NCBI GenBank assembly: GCA_964486215.1
Contig: CAZALI010000001.1
Span: forward strand, 12,837 to 76,836
Direction: 5' to 3'
Origin: an uncultured Muribaculaceae bacterium
GTDB taxonomy: Bacteria > Bacillota_I > Bacilli_A > RF39 > UBA660
Length of the DNA: 64,000 bases
Shown here piece after piece: positions 58,601-64,000 of the stretch (its first letter is position 1; each line of letters begins with the position of its first letter). Position numbers and translations under genes: made by a program. The notes below the pieces were generated by a model that worked only from the letters and a program-made list of their open reading frames with translations, was not told the DNA's origin and made no database searches.

Positions 58601-60718
58601 ATGATCATTGGTGGTACAAGTGTTAAAGGTTCACATCTCGTAAATCATGATATAACTAAAGATGGTTTCTATTCTAACTATCTAGATGAAGAGAATAACT
58701 ATTCTGAAGTTAGAGTAGCTTACGTAGAACCTCAACCACCAGCTTCAAACTTCTATATATGGTCTATTGGTGAAGAGACAATTAGTTATGAATTTACAAT
58801 GACGGCTTCTAAGTATGGTTCATTAGGTACATATACACTTTCTATGTCAGAATTTGCTGATGGTAATACAATCTTCAATGTCAGTGGATTTAATACTGAA
58901 GGTTTAGCAAGTGGTGTATCATTAATTGATTCTGATACTGTACCTAAGATTGCTCATACACAAGCAGAAGCTAATAGTGTCTTTGGTTTATCAATGAAAG
59001 CTGAGACACGTGAGTGGACTAGTTATGGTACAACAAAACTATTAAGTCGTGATAATGGTGATACGACTGGTACAGATAGTTATAAAACAGACTCTCAGTC
59101 TATAGCACCAACAATGATGTTCTATTTCTACCATGCTAAGAATATTGCTCTTACAGCAGAACTTGGAACAGCAGTATTAACACTACAAGCTATGGTACCA
59201 ATAAATGAGATAGAGTATGATATCCAGTTAATTACTATTACGATTAACTTAGAGGCACAAGAATACGATGACGAAGATGCTTACGATGCTTCAATATCTT
59301 ACGATAAAAAGTATGAGATGCCTTCAGCTACACCAGTTAATATTACTAATAGGAGCCAATTCACAGCATATTATTCTATGATTGCTATGCCTGAAAGCTT
59401 TAGTGCTTTCTATGGTAGAGATGGAGACTATTATCATGCTTTAGTTACAGATGCAGCTTTACCTGTTGGAACTGAGATTACAATGATTGATAATAGTATA
59501 GAGGGTCATCCTGAAGAATATTATTTAACAATAGATCAGGCTCGGTATAATGCATCGACAGCTCAACTTAGTGCTGATAGTGAAATTAGTTATAAACTAT
59601 CGGAATTCATAAAGATGGATAGTACTAGTACTACTAATAAATATAGTGACGTTCAAATGAATCAAGTTTACTTTGACGATGATTATAATCTAGTTATGGA
59701 AGAGTTCTTATTCATCTTTGACTTTAAGAACACGACAGTTTCTGATGGAGTATTAAATAAATATATGTTATTTGAATTACGTAATGGTGAGGATAGAACA
59801 ATGTATCACGTTGTTACTCCACGTCGACAATTTATGTATTACAATACATATGCAGCATCTAACTCAGTACTTGTTGGTTCAATTACTCCTGAACGTTACT
59901 TGTATCAAGATATTGATAGTACAACGCCAATTTCAGCAGAAGTTGACTACGACGAAACTTCTGGACGTGAGTCAATTATTGATACTAACTATGAGAGTAG
60001 TTCTATGGGACTTAACTTAGCTATTCTAGACCACAGTGGTAACCAAGTAAGTTCTAGTATGCTTATTGGTACATCAGTTACTATTAATAATACTGAGTAC
60101 TATGCTGATAGCGATGGTGTATTTAGAATAAAACTAGCTGGAAAAGTATCTAATATTAATGGTACGATGACATTGAAAACAGATAAGAGCCTGCCAGTAG
60201 GTGAATATACATTCAGATTTACTTTGTTTGCTTCTAACGATGGTCTTCATAATTCTGATCCAGATAGAGCAACAGTATATAATAGAACAGTAACGGTTGT
60301 TGGTAGTAATAACTCTATTGTAGTTACTGGTGATGATAAAAACAAAGTAGTAGACGGAGTAACTTCACTTAATGAATTAGGAGCTAAATACAATAATTAT
60401 AGTATTAAGTATGTATCAGCTTTGTCTAATCCTAACTTTAGAGTTTCTCTATATAAACGTGATATTACTGATAGCGTTACTACTAATTATACTGAAGTAC
60501 CATTTAATTCATTGTTTACTGATACATTAACTGATGCGACTGGTGGAACTGCTTATGAAAAAATTGTTCCTACAGGTACTTCACCGTTTAATGTTAGATA
60601 TAATTTTGCTGATAATTTAACTTCTGGAACTTATAAAATAGTATTTAAATTATATGATGGTAATCAATTAGTAGATAGTGATAATGAATTTATTATTGTT
60701 AAGAAGAGAACTCCTTAA
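52628..60718 (+). CDS. Giant (2696-aa) secreted or cell-surface protein with a central β-solenoid-like tandem repeat region.
   Basis: RBS AGGAGAAG. N-terminal signal anchor. The central region contains more than 30 repeats of about 25 aa with the motif x(V/I)(Y/F)GG(G/S)N followed by N(V/I)x(V/I)xxG(T/S)I. Confidence 0.8.
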   Translation: MKLTKRKLTHIIFSLFMLMILSFSIVSFFSRSTLSDINYVKWDGKEVATSFAGGNGTKENPYKINNGGQLMYFKKMVEEENNFLDKYYVLGANIDLDDHEITPIGTDTKYFSGSLDGKGYTITNINIKEGKEDNQINYYGLFNKIKGTINNLNIDEITINPESEDPVIIGSLAGKIEEESSIKNISIHKSNIYLTNTTNDKSNNIALFSGIIEEKSTITNISVFGKFYSPYSDNVSIISNKLDSNIKNAIMKVEYEDGINDLATFGNIGDEVETTNIFNFINKDRIVIKNETYTASEVVNVFNDEILDNYYWDYDEDFSIYVRDNKIDNTPKVRSFSFTPSGTIALHDSGVSTADKTVYINDLTSDYNYYMGLNYTTTSNGNVPTGSSNNTYTDSNLVAVYMAYRGESINDDGKIGYVSLNEQISDFIYYKYYVIENGYITIPLIDNPYADRPNDMAFNGWITDYPNAVVSYDADTYTRYVKIPATTGPISITMYATWTEATVVNASVSSNNLSTTGLKPISMQPIITRTPNYNGYTFPTLYTRGSVTSEANRNGAVPYPAGAVDDRGNSLSNSMCEPIVTGSGWNRRYSSQTCYYYMQADTTNIDPNESYYQIGNNGSMTSYTLPTPTGYDYERVIDVGDSVAGFYKRHTEAGSLVGYYNNRGVQYTSGSCSSNCEYYELVQFDENNVMQETDSETLYYYLVTRDTNIAFLNSNIQGFTNSVPVTVTGINNGVDHSNYEIQVNTRSIRAGADLRVEWALVNRNSYSTNTSGPSDSNTNNIYGEYHNLKIGRGIEIETTTTTEWQYIDGRYQQVQVTRKYLTATSVVGGSSSAAGGSGSPEKYNLIVESGYYNVLSAVSTTSSSSTYYTNAVATYGCDFDRVNNADNSKLGVYYTAASSWGGSIYSSSSSTDTELFSTQIVKSGTFGEVESEAASGIYAGGLNGGTIYAPARLIIEGGDLFNVNGGPLISSNRKTKNMIYINMKGGNADFIFGGAALSQTYGNRIINVTGGQVNYSVFGGSNGVEGGNGDGTLDGDSFVYVGGNAKIGDDSITDTKWGVESGSVFGIGNGNSSYDTIGSTNNSNVIIAGSATIKTNVYGGGNYGAVGVKGNTSTTTTNVKIIGGDVKGSVYGGGNNAGSGTSSYTSTVNITMDGGTVEKNVFGGSRTKGIIYGSTNVNINQGVVEKDVYGGGEGGYEDSNTPGTYVARDVNVVIGDTNTTTSNLTIKGSVYGGSAYGSVNGSSNNASATATYKTNVTVNGGKIETNVYGGGKGDSTHTPKEFGDVTVTIEGGSIGDVYGGNDQAGSPQRGDVVNLNGGTIANGFGGGNNTGQTTTNINLAGTTVTGNLYGGSNNGGIVTTSNVHVTSGSVTNVYGGNNLNGSTTTTNVIIDGGTFSGDVYGGGNQANSSTSNVTINASTNHNVYGGGNQAGVTTQTNVNINAGTIVDVFGGSNSSGEINNTHVIVSGTGAKNIQNVYGGNNLGGTTDNAISVIEVSSGTIGNIYGGGNKVGLDTSNVTVTGGTITSVYGGSNTSGDLNESNVTIGSTTSQVTVQDVYGGNNLGGVTDDANIVVTNATVNNLYGGGNQAAVGSTHVEVVDSTIQNIYGGGNQAGVTGNTYLDVDNSTVSTNIYGGGNQGAVGGNTEVYITDGTIGGSCYAGGNGSTAIVSGNTLITVDGDTVVGSASSTGTEGSVFGGGNAAATGSSSTNNSVATVNIVGGHIYGNVYGGANTSVVYGETHTNIGTNAVNVSGLDEADLIIEGTVFGGGEANASGSDSYDFSFISVTRGIDVNIDGLNYLTHGNRFELNGSIFGSGNASSSAGTSEVYIRNLGTRTNPSSNVSIQRADKVVIDNSVIELSGTVDTTNDYSNIKYSLNRIEDFIIKNNTVLLLKENANLLQSFRSMVGTDGNEVLATVNINDDTQTVTKNVDNRLYMLADKNLNVATNQDATAYGEVKGMTFLGMYTMGTTGSRRYGVYSDTFDYGSASDAGDMIIGGTSVKGSHLVNHDITKDGFYSNYLDEENNYSEVRVAYVEPQPPASNFYIWSIGEETISYEFTMTASKYGSLGTYTLSMSEFADGNTIFNVSGFNTEGLASGVSLIDSDTVPKIAHTQAEANSVFGLSMKAETREWTSYGTTKLLSRDNGDTTGTDSYKTDSQSIAPTMMFYFYHAKNIALTAELGTAVLTLQAMVPINEIEYDIQLITITINLEAQEYDDEDAYDASISYDKKYEMPSATPVNITNRSQFTAYYSMIAMPESFSAFYGRDGDYYHALVTDAALPVGTEITMIDNSIEGHPEEYYLTIDQARYNASTAQLSADSEISYKLSEFIKMDSTSTTNKYSDVQMNQVYFDDDYNLVMEEFLFIFDFKNTTVSDGVLNKYMLFELRNGEDRTMYHVVTPRRQFMYYNTYAASNSVLVGSITPERYLYQDIDSTTPISAEVDYDETSGRESIIDTNYESSSMGLNLAILDHSGNQVSSSMLIGTSVTINNTEYYADSDGVFRIKLAGKVSNINGTMTLKTDKSLPVGEYTFRFTLFASNDGLHNSDPDRATVYNRTVTVVGSNNSIVVTGDDKNKVVDGVTSLNELGAKYNNYSIKYVSALSNPNFRVSLYKRDITDSVTTNYTEVPFNSLFTDTLTDATGGTAYEKIVPTGTSPFNVRYNFADNLTSGTYKIVFKLYDGNQLVDSDNEFIIVKKRTP
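55400..58100 (+). repeat. Tandem degenerate repeats (period ~72-84 nt) encoding the YGG(G/S)N β-solenoid units.
   Basis: Near-identical blocks (a/g)tctatggtgg(a/t)(g/a)gtaa recur at about 56018, 56318, 56427, 56895, 57052, 57135, 57293, 57441 and 57521. Confidence 0.7.
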
Positions 60719-60770
60719 TTAATAATTGAAATTAAATTTTTAATATGATAAAATGAGAGTGGTGATTTAA

Positions 60771-61448
60771 ATGATAAAAAGAATTTTTGGGGTAATATGG
60801 GATATATTAGAAATTTTAATAATAATTTATGTTATATTCATAACAGCTTGTATATTATTTAGAAACGATTATGGATTTACACAGTTTGGTGATTATACTT
60901 TAGCTAGTCTTGGTAAAAATGATGCTAAATATATCAAGAATACTAATAATGGCGATCTATTAATAGTTAAGAAGAGTAAAAATATAGCTGTTGGTGATTA
61001 TATTTATTACTATGCTGTTATTGATGAAAGCTATGTAATTAGAACAGGTGTTGTACAAGGAGTTACTAAAGATGATTATAATTCTTTATACAATATAAAG
61101 ACTAAGATTTCTAATGATAAGACTGTTAAGATAAGCGTTAATCATAAACGTGTTCTTGGCAAAGCTGCTAATAATTATGCTAAGTTAGGAGATATTCTTA
61201 AATTCTTAGAGACAAGACTTGGTTTCTTAGTATTTGTACTTCTTCCTATTATGCTTGTATTTGTATATCAAATATATATATTCGTAGTTTTATTAAATTA
61301 TGAAAAGAAGGAAACTTTGAATAAAATTATTAGTACTAATAATAAAGAAGCTTTAAATAAACCAGAAGTAAAAGAAGAAAAACCTGTAGAAAAAGAAGTT
61401 CCAAAAGAAGAAGAGAAAAAAGATGATGAAGATATAGAAGTTTTATAA
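60771..61448 (+). CDS. Bitopic membrane protein, possibly a catalytically degenerate SipW-like paralogue.
   Basis: Architecture is TM segment, β-domain, TM segment, acidic tail, as in the SipW-like gene. Short local similarity FGDYT...NGDLLIVKK compared with FGYTY...NDIIFVKL, but no SGSM Ser or HR His. Confidence 0.35.
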   Translation: MIKRIFGVIWDILEILIIIYVIFITACILFRNDYGFTQFGDYTLASLGKNDAKYIKNTNNGDLLIVKKSKNIAVGDYIYYYAVIDESYVIRTGVVQGVTKDDYNSLYNIKTKISNDKTVKISVNHKRVLGKAANNYAKLGDILKFLETRLGFLVFVLLPIMLVFVYQIYIFVVLLNYEKKETLNKIISTNNKEALNKPEVKEEKPVEKEVPKEEEKKDDEDIEVL

Positions 61449-61499
61449 CTCTATATCTTTTTTTTTGTGATATAATTTTTCATAGAAAAGGAGGCTTAT

Positions 61500-62105
61500 A
61501 TGGATTTTAGTGAATTAAAAGAAAAAGCTAAGAAAAGTTTGGAAGGAAAATGGTCAGAGACTATAAAGTTAATGTTGGCTTATACGATATTAACAGGAAT
61601 ATTCTATGGACTTGGAAATACTACTGATAATACTACAGCTAAATCTCTTTATTCTCTAGTTGCTTTTGTTATTGTTTGCTTTATTACTTTTGGCTATTGT
61701 AGTTATTTCTTGAAAATATCACGTGATGAAAAGGTAGAGTGGAGAGAATTATTCAGTAAGACTAATTTGGCATTTGATTGTTTTATCATTTCTCTTGTCA
61801 CAGCGTTAGCTGTATTCGTTGGAATGATGCTATTAGTAGTTCCTGGTATTATAGTTGCTATTATGTTTTCACAAGCTTATTTTATAAAACTTGATAATCC
61901 TGATATGAAAGCAATCGATACTCTTTCAGAAAGTGCTAGAATTATTAAAGGTCATAAGATGGATTATTTCTTACTTGGTCTTAGTTTCTTAGGATGGCTC
62001 TTACTTGGATTATTTACTTTTGGAATTTTATACTTCTGGTTAACTCCATACATGAGTGTTACTATGTGTAATTTCTACAATAAAATAAAAGATGAAAAAA
62101 AATAG
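61500..62105 (+). CDS. DUF975 family integral membrane protein.
   Basis: N-terminal segment MDFSELKEKAKKSLEGKWSETIKL, typical of DUF975, and four TM helices. Confidence 0.45.
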   Translation: MDFSELKEKAKKSLEGKWSETIKLMLAYTILTGIFYGLGNTTDNTTAKSLYSLVAFVIVCFITFGYCSYFLKISRDEKVEWRELFSKTNLAFDCFIISLVTALAVFVGMMLLVVPGIIVAIMFSQAYFIKLDNPDMKAIDTLSESARIIKGHKMDYFLLGLSFLGWLLLGLFTFGILYFWLTPYMSVTMCNFYNKIKDEKK

Positions 62106-62179
62106 ACTAAAAAGTCTATTTTTTCTTGGTAAAAATAAATTAAAATGTTATAATGGAATTATAATAAGGAGACGATATC

Positions 62180-63913
62180 ATGAAGAAGTATTTGTTGATT
62201 GCTTTGATTAGTTTTTTACTTATACCAACACAAGTTTTTGCTGTTGATAAAGCTAGTAAAGTTATTAGTGGTTTAAGTGATAGTAACTTAGTTAATGATG
62301 GAACTAGTGATAATAATAAACGTTATGTAGGAATGAATCCTAATAACTATGTTTTATTTAATGGAGAGACTCCTGGAGTTGCTACTGAAAAATATAGAAT
62401 TTATTTAACAAATACTTTGTTGCCAAAGGATGATGAACATGATGGTTATCCTACTGAAGCAGATTGTACGTCTGATGTTAATAGTTATGTAGGGCATGTT
62501 ATGGATTATGGTGCTTCATATACTTGTACTCTAAATACTGATACTAGTGAGTATGAATTAAGAACGACAGGCTATTTAAGTAATGATTATATAAATACAA
62601 ATGGTGGTTATGATGATACTAGTTTATCTTCTTGCCAAGGTTTTATAAGTAATGTTGGAATGCCTGATACTGCGGCTTGTACGGAAAATCACATTATGTT
62701 CAAAGGCTGGAGAATAGTTGGAGTATTTAATGTTAATGGTGTTAAGAGAGTTAAACTTGTAAGAAACGAATCTATTGGTCTTTATTCTTGGGATAGTACT
62801 CCTAGTGATGTTAATGCTGGATTTGGTAGAAATGAATGGAGTGAATCAGGAATACAGAGATTACTTAATCCTGGATATACAGGAATAGCTAATAATAGTT
62901 TATATTGGGATAGTGGAAGTGGTTTCTGTTATACCAATGCAGGAGCATCTGCTAATCCTTGTGATTTTGCTGATTCTGGCTTGAAAGACAGCGGCAAAGC
63001 ATTTATAGATGACGCTTTATGGCATACTAGTTTTGTTAATACTGCTGCTAGTTCTGTTGCTTTATATGAAGCTGAAAAGAGTGGTAATACTACTATTACT
63101 CCTCCAACAGATTCACCAGCAACTGATGGTATAACAAGACATGCTACTTGGACTGGTAAAGTAGGACTTCTATCTGCTAGTGATTTAGCTTTAGCTAGTC
63201 TTAATTGTAATGCTAGTTTAATAGATAGTGGTGTTTCTGGATGCGCTAATAACTGGTTATTTGATACAACTAAGCCTACACTTACAATGACTTCTAGTGT
63301 TAAAGGAGTTTCTAAAGTACTTATTAATGATACTACTAATATATTTACTACTACTGATGCATCTAATCCTGGTGAAGTTTACCCAGCTGTATTCTTATCA
63401 GATGATACATATATTATCAGTGGTACTGGTAGTGTTAATGATCCATTTATTTTAGGTAAAGGTAAATCAGTAGATGTAGATCTTATCTTAGGTAATAATT
63501 ATAGTTTAAGTAATTATATAACTGATATTAGTGATTTCTCTTCACTTAACTGGGAAATTGATGATCCAACTGTTGTAGGAGTAAGTGGTGCTTCTCTAAC
63601 ACCTAAGAAAGTTGGAGTTACTAAGATGAGTACATTTACTAATGGTTTATATTATGTAGTAAATGTTAACGTAAGAAAAGTACAACCTAGAATAGATCCA
63701 GATGCATCTTCTAATACTAGTGGTTCTTCTAGTAGTAGTGTTAGTTCTGGAACAAGCAATTCATCTAATGAACTAGTAAATCCAAAGACTAGTTATTTAA
63801 ATAAAATTAATAATGTTAAGAATAATTTAAGAGGAGATATAATAACATTTGTAATATTCTTAGTAGTATCTGCATTCTCTTTATTCGCAGCATTTAAATA
63901 TAAGAAAAATTAA
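62180..63913 (+). CDS. Secreted surface protein with a Big_2 (bacterial Ig-like) domain and a C-terminal NPKTS sorting-signal-like tail.
   Basis: Sec signal peptide LLIPTQVFA|VD. Big_2-like segment LILGNNYSLSNYITDISDFSSLNWEIDDPTVVGVSGASLTPKKVGVT. C-terminal tail NPKTS...IITFVIFLVVSAFSLFAAFKYKKN. Terminator at 63913-63936. Confidence 0.5.
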   Translation: MKKYLLIALISFLLIPTQVFAVDKASKVISGLSDSNLVNDGTSDNNKRYVGMNPNNYVLFNGETPGVATEKYRIYLTNTLLPKDDEHDGYPTEADCTSDVNSYVGHVMDYGASYTCTLNTDTSEYELRTTGYLSNDYINTNGGYDDTSLSSCQGFISNVGMPDTAACTENHIMFKGWRIVGVFNVNGVKRVKLVRNESIGLYSWDSTPSDVNAGFGRNEWSESGIQRLLNPGYTGIANNSLYWDSGSGFCYTNAGASANPCDFADSGLKDSGKAFIDDALWHTSFVNTAASSVALYEAEKSGNTTITPPTDSPATDGITRHATWTGKVGLLSASDLALASLNCNASLIDSGVSGCANNWLFDTTKPTLTMTSSVKGVSKVLINDTTNIFTTTDASNPGEVYPAVFLSDDTYIISGTGSVNDPFILGKGKSVDVDLILGNNYSLSNYITDISDFSSLNWEIDDPTVVGVSGASLTPKKVGVTKMSTFTNGLYYVVNVNVRKVQPRIDPDASSNTSGSSSSSVSSGTSNSSNELVNPKTSYLNKINNVKNNLRGDIITFVIFLVVSAFSLFAAFKYKKN

Positions 63914-64000
63914 GGCAATTTATTGCCTCTTTTTTATGGCAATTTATTCTCTTTTTTTGTATGAATTTGTATTTAAGTATGTTATAATTTAAGAGTAGGA

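Noticed and set aside
54887-59772. Multiple short ORFs in alternative frames and on the minus strand within the giant gene (54887..55072, 55587..55829, 56297..56573, 56858..57289, 58228..58419, 59772..60020).
   Set aside because: Low-complexity translations of the Gly/Thr/Asn-codon-rich repeat region read out of frame. The 8.1-kb + frame is continuous and has a proper RBS.
1-64000. Transposase or IS element, integrase, rRNA genes, or an intact prophage.
   Set aside because: No translated ORF shows DDE-transposase, tyrosine-recombinase or phage structural signatures. No rRNA-like conserved stretches were seen. The ORF6N-dut islet is too small and incomplete to call a prophage.

Overview
Low-GC (~28%) Firmicutes-type chromosome segment using standard genetic code 11 (TGA is a stop). 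Positions 1-46.6 kb are dense, mostly + strand, core-like genes with familiar Bacillota synteny: ssb, pdp, two T-box-controlled operons (M19 dipeptidase-like + serS, and proS), miaB-ymcA, rpsP-KH, uppS-cdsA-rseP, priA ... fmt ... rlmN-stp-pknB-rsgA-rpe, tex, dut, scpAB, a tRNA locus, and a Crp/Fnr regulator divergent from nrdDG. Scattered among them are cell-surface genes: two sortases, surface proteins with sorting-signal-like C-termini, and a tandem pair of eukaryote-like mTERF-repeat proteins. The most interesting region lies after a ~1 kb gene-free stretch (46.6-47.65 kb). From 47.6 kb to the window end there is an accessory-looking surface/matrix locus. It contains a TasA/camelysin-like protein with a SipW-cognate signal peptide, a SipW-type signal peptidase fused to a ~270-aa C-terminal extension, an 8.1-kb gene for a 2696-aa β-solenoid-like repeat protein, a possible degenerate SipW-like paralogue, a DUF975 membrane protein, and a Big_2 surface protein ending in an NPKTS-type sorting signal. 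No CRISPR arrays, rRNA genes, transposases or integrases were recognised. All calls rest on reading the ORF translations and motifs by eye, with no database search. Family assignments are therefore inferences with the stated confidences.
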